64,000 nt of DNA, from assembly GCA_002269645.1 (NCBI GenBank), contig NIVC01003696.1:18468-82467 (forward strand). The letters run 5' to 3'. The stretch comes from Macrostomum lignano (lineage: Eukaryota). Made by a program: the position numbers and the translations under genes. Under the pieces are notes generated by a model. The model had not been told where the DNA came from. It did no database searches and was given only the letters and a program-made list of their open reading frames with translations. Shown here in pieces: positions 1 through 30,702 of the stretch. Position 1 is the first letter of the stretch. Each line of letters starts with the position of its first letter.

Positions 1-781
1 GTTTGCTTGCAGGAATTTTGCTTGTCGAAGTTTGCTTGCAGGAATTTTGCTTGCCGAACTTTGCTTGCAGGAATTTTGCTTGTCGAAGTTTGCTTGCAGG
101 AATTTTGCTTGCCGAACTTTGCTTGCAGGAATTTTGCTTGTCGAAGTTTGCTTTCCGAACTTTGCTTGCCGAACTTTTCTTGCCGAACTTTGCTTGCCGA
201 ACTTTGCTTGCCGAAGTTTGCTTGCATGAAATTTGCCTGCCGAACTTTGGGTATCCGAGCGTATCCTTACGAGTCATGATATGAAGCAATTCACACATTG
301 GTGGCACATTCATTTGCAAAAAATCTATTCTGTACAGTTCGCTGCCTAAATCATTCAATATGTGTATTGTTTGAAATTGTGTGCAATTTTTTGTTGAAAA
401 TATATTCCCAGTAAAAAAACTAATTTATTCCATTTCTGCGTTAGGGCTTTTCAAACCCGCCATATCCTCATACAAAATCATAACACTATAGGCGACTTCC
501 ACGAATCTTAGAAAATGAAAATTAGAAATACACAAGATCTCAAAAATAGGTTCTTTAAGGTTCCGCGAGAAAACTTTGGCTGGCAAACTTCGGCAAGCAA
601 ACTTCTCGCAAGCAAAGTTCGGCAAGCAAAGTTCCTGAAAGCAAACTTCGGCAAGCTTATGTGCAGCAAGCAAATTTCCTGCAAGCAAAGCTCGGCAAGC
701 AAACTTCGGCAGGCGAAATTCCTGCAAGCAAATTTCCGCAAGCAAAAGTGCCGCAAGCAAACTTCCGCAAGCAAATTTCAT
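1..781. mobile_element. Foldback-like inverted repeat: two oppositely oriented arrays of ~14-bp subunits around a ~330-bp spacer
   Basis: 1-245 is built of TTTGCTTGCCGAAC/TTGCTTGCAGGAAT units. ~575-781 is built of their reverse complements (GCAAGCAAAGTTCG, GCAAGCAAATTTCC). The left arm runs off the window start. Confidence 0.55.
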
Positions 782-2975
782 AGACCCGTTAGACCCGCAC
801 AATCTTCTGGAAGGCTCAATGAATCTGCCAAGACAACTGCTACAGATGAGGCGATGCGCAAGCACCCATGCCAGAAAACTAGGATGGCCGTGGAAATTGT
901 TGCTAGCGCTCACTTGTTCTCCTCCAAGGTATAATGCTCAATTATGCAAATTGAAGAGGCTTAGGTTTCTATAAAAACTGGAGCTGAGACGTTCTAAGTA
1001 CTGCAGCCGGCTTTTGGTTTGAGTTGTGGGGACTCTACCAGGTGGACAGGTGGAGTGAGTACTTCGCACTTTGAGAGTGGGCCCGCGCCACTTCAGTTGA
1101 AACCGTTGGAAAGTCTCATTAGCTTGCATTGAAGCTGCTCATATGCCTGTTATAGCATTTGAAAAAAGGCAGTTGTAAAATTGTGGTTGTTCTCAAGTTA
1201 AAGCAAGCCATCATTCAGTCTTCTCAGCTTCCTTCAAACCATATCGTACGATCGCACGCACTCACACCAGGTGTGGCTTGTACTTTCAAATCTTCCCAAT
1301 TTGGCTTTCAAACCGGGTCATAACGTTGAAGTCTGAATGACATGCCGGTAATGCCGAGACATCCCACCCGGAGTTTCTGAGAAAACTTACGAACCAGCTA
1401 CGACCAGCTCGTATGGTCAAAAGTGCAAATTTTAGACAAAGACGCCCCCCAGATACTAGAATAACTAGATGGGCAACTCCGGCATAAATACTTAGCAAAA
1501 CAGCTTTCTACTTTCGGTTCAGTAGCCATGAAGAATAGATAGGCTATTTTATAAGAATAAAGGCAGCTGAGATCACTTTGATAAGTTCAGAAGCCCAACG
1601 CAAACAACTTGCTAATTGGTTCAACCATAATGTACATTAGCCACTAAAATGTACCTGGCAGATTTAAGCTGGAACAACCGAGGAAGGTAATAAAAATTGG
1701 GTATCGGGGCAGGGGTAGAGGTTCTGTGTGGAGTTTGAGGGTTTAAGCTTGGCGGGAAGAGTCCATAAATAAGCCTTGCCTTTAAAAATACATTAAAATG
1801 CTTCAATTTAAGTTGCTACTGAACTGAAAGTAGCTTGCACGCAAATGTGCTGATTGGCCTATCTAGTTAATCTAATAGCATCTGTTATACTAGTATATGT
1901 GAGTGGCACCACGGTGAATGAATATTCGGCATTTAGCGAATTCAATTAAGCCAAAACTGCAGCTTACAGATTATATTATTTCTATAAAACACAAAAAGCA
2001 GTTTTTGTAATAACCAAAAACAGTAATAGCATATCGAAATGTATATTTGGATTGCACACGAAGCTACAGAGAGGCGAGTTGGTAACAAAGTAATGCAATA
2101 GTAATTATAGCTAATATAAAGCAACGCTAATATCAGATTCGATGCTTTTTAGGCGCAATATTCGAGGAAAATGACAAACTAGAATGCAGTGACTAGAAAA
2201 AAGTGGCCTAACAAAAGCGTCTATTGTGAGTAGTATTTGCATAGATTATTATGCCGAATGTCTGTGCAACATGAGTTCATAATCAATTTCTAGCATTTGA
2301 TTCATACTGAGATAATTACAGATAAAATTCAAAAACTGAGTAAAAGGCTCTACAAAATAAAATTCAGCGAATGCTTAAAGTGCAAAAATAACAAAAACTG
2401 TTTTAAAGTACAAAAAGTCAGTTTATAAAGAAAGTCGTCCTTCAGTGAGCGGTGAATGCATAAAACTTAAGCTGAAATTGTTAACACAGGTTAAGCAATG
2501 GCCAAACAGCCTTGATCTTTGATTTTGAGACGTGTGCAAGAAGGTCTCGTATGTTTATTTAACATTCCTACTTAACTGCAATGAGCTTCTAAACTATACT
2601 ACTTCTATTGTTGAACGCGGCAGTAGTGTACAACGGGTAGTGAATTAAAAATGGATGAAAATTAGAATAGTAAAAAATAACAGATGAAATGGGCCTTAGG
2701 AATTCTATTAGATTCGAACCTGTTAGGTAGTGTAACAACAGCTCTGCAAACAAATGCAAAAAATAACACTATACTAAATTATGCTGGAGGTAATGAAACA
2801 ATTATTGCAGGAATTATCAGGAATCCTAATATATTTTATTAATAATTAATTAAATACAGAGAGTACTAGTCTATAATTATAAAAGCATTTTACTAAATAA
2901 TTATAAAATTGACAAGCATTAATATGGGTGAAGTAATTGTCATAAATATAGCACTGGAGTGTACCAATAGCTGTC

Positions 2976-20238
<17,263 letters not shown>

Positions 20239-22861
20239 GACGGACTGTCGGTTTTTCTAAGCTTGATTACTTTTTTAAACGATTTTGTCACTGCCTAGCC
20301 AAAGCCAAGGAGCAAAAATTCCACTGCTAGTGACCTATTCTCTTGTTTGCCAGCATTGAGTGCATGGCAGCTTGCGTCTGCAAATTGAGGCCAAGTTTAG
20401 GCATTTTAATTGGTGAAAAAGGGTTTATTTATATATGCATTTCACTATTTATTACAAACAAAAAAATCTAGAATGAAAATTATTCAGATTTTCAGTTGCC
20501 TTTAAAAGGATTAACCCATTGGCTTTCATGGTAAAAAAACTAATGCCATTTATCTCCAAGATTCTACAATAATAATTGACTTCTAAGTACCTTTTTAAAA
20601 CAAAAAAATGTTAAGAGACTTTCTCTGATACTATAATTTAGAAGTTTTAAATAATTAATTGTTATGTATTAAAATAATTTTCTTATACAAATTTTGTAAA
20701 ACCTTTACAAAACCTTTGTAAAACCTTATTGTATAACCACGAAAATATGACTAATTTTTTGTAAAATGAAATATTAGTAAAATGTTTGTTTCCTCAGCAA
20801 TATATGCAAAACAAGTTGTTACAAATAAAAATAATTGCATGTCTCAATAATTCAGGCTTGGTCATTATTCGTAAAAATGTGTTTCTTATGAAATGCCCTA
20901 ACTTACTCAAATTGTTTGTTATAAAAAGCTGCATTTGACAATAAAAATGCATAGCCTTTAAAAACTTGAAATTTTAGGTTCAAAATAAAAAAACTTATAA
21001 TCAATCAGACATCCAAATTTAATAAAAGACATTTTTTACGACTCAGTTATTAAAAAATCTATGAATTCACAAAAAGTTGTCCATTAGCCTGTAATTTATA
21101 GGAGCACATACTTCTACCCAACTGGAACTTTAAAATTGCAACCTTCGCGAACTGAGGGAGCGAGACCAAGTACAACAATATTGAAGTTCTAAAAACCGAA
21201 TGAAGTTCAAAACCGAAACATTTAGGTTTCAATTGACAAGCCAGTCAATCAGTCAAGCCAGTCAAATTTAGGTTTCAATTGGGTTTAAGAAGCAGAATTA
21301 CTTTCTTGACTTTTTAAAAATTATCGTGGTGGAATATTTTAGTTATCGCAGTTTTTTGTTCCCGTTTAAATATAAGCATGTGTTTCTGATAAAACAAAAG
21401 ATACTTTTTTGCAATAAAAGTAGCAGAGACTATACTAATTTTATAGTTTGATAGTGTAATTTTAAAGTATAATTAAACGTTACAATCTCTAGACTTCACT
21501 TTTTAAAGAAATTGGTATTAATAATAGTATAAGTTCAAAGTCAAACCTTTCTTAGATAACCTAATTATAGATAGATCTTTTCTACGACTTCAAAGCCTCA
21601 TTATTAAAGCCTTAAAGGCTAATGCAAGAATGCCAGAAAAATACAATTTACTCTAATTACTCCTACTTACTTACTCTAATTACGATCTACGAGTCCAGAC
21701 ACATATATACTACACAAAAGTATTTGGTTTGATGGATATGAAGTGGAAGTCCAAATCTATCAATTTAGATATTGGAAATTTTTATTTTTTAGCCTGTCAT
21801 GGTTCTAGATAAAATAAAATTAAATATGATCCATTATTACTTCCCAATGTCTAAATATATTTTTTCGGTTCTGGTTTGAGATTATAATTTGATTAAAGCT
21901 TTCTTTTTTGTTGTACACAACATATAGTTTCACATATTAAATGAAAAATTGAATACAAAATATATTCATTCGTTTCAATTTGATGATTTAAAACCCCTTG
22001 TGATCTTATTAATATCCTGATTAAGTTTTTTTTGCCAAAAATCCAGATTCTATATTTTTGCTATATTTCTTCATGGATTGAGTTAATGACTATGAGGTTC
22101 AATGTATAATAGATCTAGACATATGAACTACCACTTTGATTTCATTTAAACTTTTTATTTTTCTATCCTAGTTCTTGACTTCTACCATTTATTCGATTCT
22201 AAAAGCTCTGAAATTTTATTTTTTATTCTCAAATCTTTGAATTTAACTTTGTTTAAACTTATTATTTTGTTTATTCAATGCAAAAAATAGAAAATTAAAA
22301 TAAAAAAATGGGCAAAATATATTTTTCTAGTTGGTACTTTCACTTTCTTGATATTATTGCATTTACTGTCACTATATTAATGATAATAATATTTATTTAT
22401 TGTCTATATAGATAGTAAACAATATTAGGTAGAAGTATTTGTCATCTAGTCATTGTTTTACTAAATAGCACTAATAAAGTTTGCCCTATATTGTTTCTAT
22501 TAGGAAGAAATAAAGCTAATTTATTTTGTATGTATTAGCTATACTACCCATATTAATAAGCATTGTCATTTTCTATTTTGTCATTTAGAATGATATTTAA
22601 ACAGTTTGTTATATAGTCCATATAAAATGATAATATATAATATATAATATATATATTATATTTCTTTTGGCTATCATATACTATTTATATTCTTTCAAAA
22701 TTTAGAATGCTGAGTATATGTTTTAAATTTTAATTTAGACTTTTTCACAGTCTTATCTATTGCAATTGCAGAGTTTGTAACTGAAGAAAAATCTCAATTA
22801 ATTAAAAGCAACCTCTCAAAATAAAAGTATAGTTTGAGGTTGTTGCCACTATAAAACAGCC

Positions 22862-25129
22862 ATGGAAGCTGACGAGCAGTTTGACTTCTTATTCAAAATT
22901 GTTCTTGTTGGCGATGCTGGCGTTGGAAAGTCCTGCGTTGTGCAGCGATTTAAATCGGGAAATTTTCTAGAAAAGCAGGGCAGCACAATTGGCGTGGACT
23001 TCACCATGAAGACTCTGCTGATGGATGGGTGCCGGATCAAGCTGCAAGTGTGGGACACAGCAGGGCAGGAGAGGTTCAGGACAATCACGCAGTCCTACTA
23101 CAGATCTGCCAATGCTGTTATTCTGGCCTACGATATTACTAAGAGGGTAAGTCACCAGCATCTGCTCTTATGAAGCCAACATTGTTAACTAGTTAGTTAG
23201 ACATTGTTAATTAGTTAGTTAATGACATCAAGGAGACTGAAGCTGATAGATTGAGGTCAAGGGATCAGTGAGATTGAGGTCAAGGGATCAGTGAGATTGA
23301 GGTCAAGGGATCAGTGAGATTGAGGGCAAGGGATCAGTGATTGAGGTCAAGGGATCATTGAGATTGAGGTCAATGGATCAGTGAGATTGAGGGCAAGGGA
23401 TCAGTGATTGAGGTCAAGGGATCATTGAGATTGAGGTCAATGGATCAGTGAGATTGAGGCCAAGGGAGCAGTGAGATTGAGGTCAAGGGATCAGTGAGAT
23501 TGAGTTCAAGGGATCAGTGAGATTGAGGGCAAGGGATCAGTGAGATTGAGGTCAAGGGATCAGTGAGATTGAGGTCAAGGGATCAGTGAGATTGAGGTCA
23601 AGGGATCATTGAGATTGAGGTCAAGGGATCATTGAGATTGAGGTCAAGGGATCATTGAGATTGAGGTCAAGGGATCATTGAGATTGAGGTCAAGGGATCA
23701 TTGAGATTGAGGTCAAGGGATCATTGAGATTGAGGTCAAGGGATCATTGAGATTGAGGTCAAGGGATCATTGAGATTGAGGTCAAGGGATCAGTGAGATT
23801 GAGGTCAAGGGATCATTGAGATTGAGGTCAAGGGATCATTGAGATTGAGGTCAATGGATCAGTGAGATTGAGGTCAAGGGATCATTGAGATTGAGGTCAA
23901 GGGATCATTGAGATTGAGGTCAAGGGATCATTGAGATTGAGGGCAAGGGATCAGTGAGATTGAGGGCAAGGGATCAGTGATTGAGGTCAAGGGATCATTG
24001 AGATTGAGGTCAATGGATCAGTGAGATTGAGGTCAAGGGATCATTGAGATTGAGGTCAAGGGATCAGTGAGATTGAGGTCAAGGGATCAGTGAGATTGAG
24101 GTCAAGGGATCAGTGAGATTGAGGTCAAGGGATCAGTGAGATTGAGGTCAAGGGATCAGTGAGATTGAGGTCAAGGGATCAGTGAGATTGAGGTCAAGGG
24201 ATCAGTGAGATTGAGGTCAAGGGATCAGTGAGATTGAGGTCAAGGGAGCAGTGAGACTGAGGTCAACTGAGCAGTGAGACTGAGGTCAACTGAGCAGTGA
24301 GACTGAGGTCAACTGAGCAGTGAGACTGAGGTCAACTGAGCAGTGAGACTGAGGTCAACTGAGCAGTGAGACTGAGGTCAACTGAGCAGTGAGACTGAGG
24401 TCAACTGAGCAGTGAGACTGAGGTCAACTGAGCAGTGAGACTGAGGTCAACTGAGCAGTGAGACTGAGGTCAACTGAGCAGTGAGACTGAGGTCAACTGA
24501 GCAGTGAGACTGAGGTCAACTGAGCAGTGAGACTGAGGTCAACTGAGCAGTGAGACTGAGGTCAACTGAGCAGTGAGACTGAGGTCAACTGAGCAGTGAG
24601 ACTGAGGTCAACTGAGCAGTGAGACTGAGGTCAACTGAGCAGTGAGACTGAGGTCAACTGAGCAGTGAGACTGAGGTCAACTGAGCAGTGAGACTGAGGT
24701 CAACTGAGCAGTGAGACTGAGGGCAAAGTCACAGTGCAGAAACCTAAAAGCAATGGATTTGATAAAACAAGTACTCTAACTACCCAAACGACGCCGCAGG
24801 AGTCATTCGACTCGTTGCCCCGGTGGGTGGATGACGTCGGTCGGTACGCGGGCACCGGCATCGTCCAGCTGCTTGTCGGCTGCAAGCAAGATTTGAAGCA
24901 TCTGCGCGAGGTCCGCCAGGAGGAGGCTGCGGAGCTGGCCAACAGGCTTGGCATGCTGGCCAGCCTGGAGACGTCGGCCAAGGAGAACAGCAACATCGAT
25001 CGGGTGTTCAACTCTCTGGCAGCTGAACTGAAGCGCAGACATGGCGGCGACACTCTTGGCGGCGGGCGGAGCGGCGACGCGGCAATCCGGTTGAATAGTC
25101 GGTCGCTGGGCGGCCGGGCCTGCTGCTGA
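22862..25129 (+). CDS. RAB43: Rab43/Rab19-family small GTPase, 204 aa, 2 exons (22862-23146, 24800-25129)
   Basis: [76 protein letters not shown]|ESF, GCKQDL, ETSAK, C-terminal CC prenylation motif; phase-0 GT-AG intron. Confidence 0.92.
23262..24725. repeat. 23-bp minisatellite with two domains (GAGATTGAGGTCAAGGGATCAGT then GAGACTGAGGTCAACTGAGCAGT), RAB43 intron
   Basis: Unit switch at ~24245. Confidence 0.96.
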
Positions 25130-25289
25130 GCTGCTTCTGGTCTGTGGAACTACCAGGTATTAACTTTTGAGACAGTTGGGGCGTGAACCAAAGCGGGGTT
25201 CGAACCAAGGACAGAATCTTGGCAACGTAAAATCAGGGTTTGACAGAGTCGTTTAGGGCTTCATTTTAAGCGAGTGTGCCAATTTGAAA

Positions 25290-26262
25290 TGTCAGGTGAG
25301 CTGATTTGAAGAGTCAGTTCGAGTCAATATGAAGTGTCAGGGGGAACTAAATTGAAGTTTCAGGGGGAACTAAATTGAAGTTTCAGGGGGTCAATATGAA
25401 GTGTCAGGGGGGCAATATGAAGTGTCAGTGGGGGGGGGGCAATATGAAGTGTCATGGGGGGCAATATGAATTGTCAGGTGGAGCCAATATGAAGTGTCAG
25501 GTGAGCAAATTTGAAGTGTCAGATTAAGCCAATATGAAGTGTCAGGAGGAGCCAATATGAAGTGTCAGGTGGAGCCAATATGAAGTGTCAGGGGGAGCCA
25601 ATTTGAAGTGTCAGTTGGGAGCAATATGAAGTGTCAGGTGAGCCAATTTGAAGTATCAGATTAAGTCAATATGAAGTGTCAAGAGGAGCTAATGTTAAGT
25701 GTCAGAGGAGTCAATATGAAGTGTCAAGAGGAGCTAATGTTAAGTGCCAGGGGAGCCAATATGAAGTGTCAGGGGGAGCCAATATGAAGTGTCAGGTAGA
25801 GCCAATATGAAGTGTCAGGAGGAGCCAATATGAAGTGTCAGGGGGAGCCAATATGAAGTGTCAGGTTGGGGGCAATATGAAGTGTCAGGTGGAGCCAATA
25901 TGAAGTGTCAGAGGGAGCCAATATGAAGTGTCAGGGGGAGCCAATATGAAGTGTCAGGTTGGGGGCAATATGAAGTGTCAGGTGGAGCCAATATGAAGTG
26001 TCAGAGGGAGCCAATATGAAGTGTCAGGGGGAGCCAATATGAAGTGTCAGGGGGAGCCAATATGAAGTGTCAGGGGGAGCCAATATGAAGTGTCAGGGGG
26101 AGCCAATATGAAGTGTCAGGGGGAGCCAATATGAAGTGTCAGAGGGAGCCAATATGAAGTGTCAGGGGGAGCCAATATGAAGTGTCAGGGGGAGCCAATA
26201 TGAAGTGTCAGGGGGAGCCAATATGAAGTGTCAGGGGGAGCCAATATGAAGTGTCAGGTTGG
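25290..26262. repeat. 23-bp minisatellite (AATATGAAGTGTCAGGGGGAGCC)n
   Basis: Visible array, degenerate at the 5' end and homogeneous at the 3' end. Confidence 0.94.
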
Positions 26263-27146
26263 GGGCATAGAAACTGTCTATCAAGATGAAGCAGGGAGAT
26301 TCTGTATTAATATTTCGGGTGTTTTGGGTGAATTTGTGGTTTCTATTTGTTTTAAAGCTCACTTATCTGGAAAATTCCAAGTTTGCACAATTAGCAAAAG
26401 CAATTAAAATGCTTTCCCGTCGCTTTTGTATATTGTTTACATTTTGCATTCTGTTAGCAATGTGGATTGCTCTACTGCCACTGAGTCTCCTACTTCATTT
26501 TCATTTTGTTAACAAGTCTCTGAACAAATTTTGTGTTGCACTGCAATAAACTATTTAACAAACTATTCATAAGCTCAGTTTTTCAATTTCCGCTTTCCTT
26601 AGCGTCACAATAATACAGAATCGTTTATTTTATTTTTTGCTAATTTTTTGAACCAGCCCCATTTGCAGATTCTAGTCAGAAGCGCTTTCTGTCTGCAACA
26701 AAGCCTGCACAAGTTTTTCGAACCATTTGCACATTAGGCTACTTGTTAGTAGCATAAATATATAAGTTTCCAATTCTTGACACACTGAACTTTTTTCGTT
26801 TCTTTTTTTGAAAAAGGAACAACTTTAAAAAGTATATTAGTAAATTCCTGTAAACTGGAACTGCTCGGCACAGTAACTGGAGTTGCATTACCAATGTATT
26901 TTATTTTGCATGATTATTTAATTTAATTTGCTGATCTTGTGTCTTCTTTTATCTGCCTGTCTGTTTAGTCTGCGGTCTATCGAGTTCCGGATGTTTCAAG
27001 TACAGTTGTTGCATAATTGTAATTAAATTTGGTTCAATTACTTGTTTAATAAAACAAATGTCAACTGTCCGCTCCTCTATCGTTGTTGTTTGTTGTATTC
27101 TTAAAAGAGTTGAAGTTCATCAAGCAGTCAGTTTTTTGTATACAAA

Positions 27147-27368
27147 GGGGTTGAAGCCTAGTGGCTAGAGCATCGGACTCACGACTTGAAGGTCGGGGGT
27201 TCGATTCCCGATCCCACTGGAACAATTTGTGTCCTTGAGCAAGACAACTCTGCATTGCTTCAGTTCACCCAGCTGTAAAATGGGTGCCAGTATTAGCTGG
27301 GGTAATTGAGGGTGTGTGTGGCGACCCTCCCAGTCATTGGACTGAACAGCCGTAGTGCGCAGCTGATG
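27147..27368 (+). mobile_element. tRNA-derived SINE with CORE-like central domain (family B)
   Basis: AGCCTAGTGG (A-box-like), GGTTCGATTCCC (B box, ~27198-27209), then GTGTCCTTGAGCAAG...CTTCAGTTCACCCAGCTGTAAAATGGG, which resembles the conserved central domains of CORE/V-type SINEs. Confidence 0.75.
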
Positions 27369-27369
27369 A

Positions 27370-29800
27370 CACCTGATAATTGCACTCCTGACACCTGAGA
27401 TTGCACTCCTGACAATCTGATGATTGCACTCCTGACAATCTGATGATTGCACTCCTGACAATCTGATGATTGCACTCCTGACAATCTGATGATTGTGTTG
27501 TGCCCGGGTGCACTTGCACCGATGAGCGATCTCTGGCTCTCGGTCAAAGTGTGCCCGGCTCTGCACTCCCACCCCCCGGCCGCGTGCCTGCGCCAACCCC
27601 CCCATTCTGTCTGCGTCAACCCCCCCCCCCATTCTGTCTGCGTCAACCCCACCCCTCCAGTTGCACCCACCCCACTGCCTGTTGGCCAGCTGGCTTTGGC
27701 TGGCTGCGGCCCCAGTGCGCCCCCTCGCTCACCCTGCGATTGGCTGGTGGTCCGTACCGTAAATCGTAAGCTAAATCGTAATTTTAGCTAGCTGGGCCTG
27801 GGGTAGCGATACCCCAGGGCTTAACCAGCTAGCACAAATATAAATATATGTAGAAGCGGCAGTAGGGGAGGCATCTCTCTCTCTCTTTCCTTGGAATTGT
27901 GCAAGTCACAGCCATAAGTCTAATACTGCAATCTAGATACCTGTCTATTCTATAGACTGAACAAAGAACATTGAGAGAAGCCACCCCTGCTGCCGCCACC
28001 GCTGTTACGCGAAGAAACAGAGTGAGTCGCGTGTCTTTCTTATTTGAGGGACTGGCGGGAATTAATCTGTGCATTAGGGACGGGCTGATTAAGTCTCCTG
28101 ACGCGATCCCCCGCTCAGAGTCCGAAGTCAGTCCGGCCAGTTGACTGACGCCATCTTCGGCTCGTTCACTGTGATAGTCAGGGTAGTGATCCGGCCTATA
28201 GCACAACAATTGCACTCCTGACACCTGATGATTGCACTCCTGACACCTGATGATTGCACTCCTGACACCTGATGATTGCACTCCTGACACCTGATGATTG
28301 CACTCCTGACACCTGATGATTGCACTCCTGACACCTGATGATTGCAATCCTGACACCTGATGATTGCACTCCTGACACCTGATGATTGCACTCCTGACAC
28401 CTGATGATTGCACTCCTGACACCTGATGATTGCAATCCTGACAATCTGATGATTGCACTCCTGACACCTGATGATTGCAATCCTGACAATCTGATGATTG
28501 CACTCCTGACACCTGATGATTGCAATCCTGACAATCTGATGATTGCACTCCTGACACCTGATGATTGCAATCCTGACAATCTGATGATTGCACTCCTGAC
28601 ACCTGATGATTGCAATTCTGACAATCTGATGATTGCACTCCTGACACCTGATGATTGCAATCCTGACAATCTGATGATTGCACTCCTGACACCTGATGAT
28701 TGCAATCCTGACACCTGATGATTGCACTCCTGACACCTGATGATTGCAATCCTGACACCTGATGATTGCACTCCTGACACCTGATGATTGCACTCCTGAC
28801 ACCTGATGATTGCACTCCTGACACCTGATGATTGCAATCCTGACAATCTGATGATTGCACTCCTGACACCTGATGATTGCAATCCTGACAATCTGATGAT
28901 TGCACTCCTGACACCCAGGATGATTATACTACTGACACCTGATGATTGCACTCCTGACACCTGATGATTGCACTCCTGACACCTGATGATTGCACTCCTG
29001 ACACCTGATGATTGCACTCCTGACACCTGATGATTGCACTCCTGACACCCAGGATGATTGCACTCCTGACACCCAGGATGATTATACTACTGACACCTGA
29101 TGATTGCACTCCTGACACCTGATGATTGCAATCCTGACAATCTGATGATTGCACTCCTGACACCCAGGATGATTATACTACTGACACCTGATGATTGCAC
29201 TCCTGACACCTGATGATTGCACTCCTGACACCTGATGATTGCACTCCTGACACCTGATGATTGCACTCCTGACACCTGATGATTGCACTCCTGACATCTG
29301 ATGATTGCACTCCTGACACCTGATGATTGCAATCCTGACAATCTGATGATTGCACTCCTGACACCCAGGATGATTATACTACTGACACCTGATGATTGCA
29401 CTCCTGACACCTGATGATTGCAATCCTGACAATCTGATGATTGCACTCCTGACACCTGATGATTGCACTCCTGACACCTGATGATTGCACTCCTGACACC
29501 TGATGATTGCACTCCTGACACCTGGTGATTGCACTCCTGACAATCTGATGATTGCACTCCTGACACCTGATGATTGCACTCCTGACACCTGGTGATTGCA
29601 CTCCTGACACCTGATGATTGCACTCCTGACAGTGCTGACACCCAGGATGATTATACTGCTGACACCTGATGATTGCACTCCTGACACCTGGTGATTGCAC
29701 TCCTGACACCTGATGATTGCAATCCTGACAATCTGATGATTGCACTCCTGACACCTGGTGATTGCACTCCTGACACCTGATGATTGCACTCCTGACACCT
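27370..29800. repeat. 22-bp minisatellite (CTCCTGACACCTGATGATTGCA)n, interrupted at 27496-28208
   Basis: Visible array; source of the many overlapping repeat ORFs. Confidence 0.97.
27496..28208. mobile_element. 713-bp TG...CA insertion (probable solo LTR, or small Ginger-type element) with 4-bp TSD
   Basis: ATTG|TGTTGTGC ... GCACAACA|ATTG: 8-bp terminal inverted repeat, TSD ATTG at 27492-27495 and 28209-28212. Confidence 0.7.
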
Positions 29801-30527
29801 CTGCTCTGCTAGTGTATTATTGCATTGCTGTAAGCATTGCTCTAGAAATGCACACCACGTCACACCCTCCTTCTCGATTTTGTGCAAAATTTTACACCAA
29901 ATTAACCTTCAAGTTGGCCCCATGCTAAGCTATCTTATTTAAGTTTTCCCACACAGTTTGCTAAGTGGCTGCCCACTTGACAGAGGACTGGCTACCTGGA
30001 TAGAGCTGGTAATTTTCTATATTAAATTAAACTGAGTCCGTTGAAGCTAAAGCAATGATCTGCAGTAATCCGAGCGTATGCTAGCTATTATGTCAATTTA
30101 AAGACCGCACTCTATACGCATCTCGAACACTATTGGTATTTAGACTTGGAAAATTTAAGATTTCAGAGTACGAGCGTACAATACTAAAGATAACGAATGT
30201 TCTGTTATAGATCTTCACTTTATTGAGACTAAACACATTAAAATAAATATACTAGCGACCATGGCAGTTCTCCACATACTGTAGCTCGTAGAAAGTAGAT
30301 AAGAAGTCTGGGTGTACGAGCGGACCTGTGCATGTACGTTCTTGCGGTTCTGAGACGCGTTCGTCAAGTAGCTCTTCTATACAAAGCAGGATAATCATAT
30401 AACATGTAGAATTAAAAAGATAAATATCGAGTGACAACCCGCGTGCTACACGTATACACTGTGTTAAATAGTTCAGTGCGTACATCTGTGCTGCTTTCTC
30501 AGTTGCTTGTCAATTTTGCGACCGCAG

Positions 30528-30532
30528 CCAAT
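30528..30532 (+). promoter_or_regulatory. CCAAT box upstream of the calmodulin-like gene
   Basis: GCAGCCAATCAG ~170 bp upstream of the ATG; motif match only. Confidence 0.35.
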
Positions 30533-30702
30533 CAGCAGCGACTTGGACCCATGCAGTCCCTCGTATAGTGTTTTTTTCTCGCTTGCGGTTCTGTGCCTAA
30601 AAAGCGGCGGCACTGAGGCGCAATCAAGTCGCACATACGAGCGTAGTTAAGTTAGTCGAGTTATTTTACGCAGTTCTGTAATTGTGCCAGTTAGAGAGAT
30701 CC

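Noticed and set aside
27147-27225. Possible tRNA gene
   Set aside because: Anticodon and acceptor stems are mismatched, and the sequence continues into a SINE body
27829-29887. Cys/His-rich ORFs (CQECNHQ) resembling zinc fingers or metallothionein
   Set aside because: Period-22 DNA repeat read in shifting frames; no splice context
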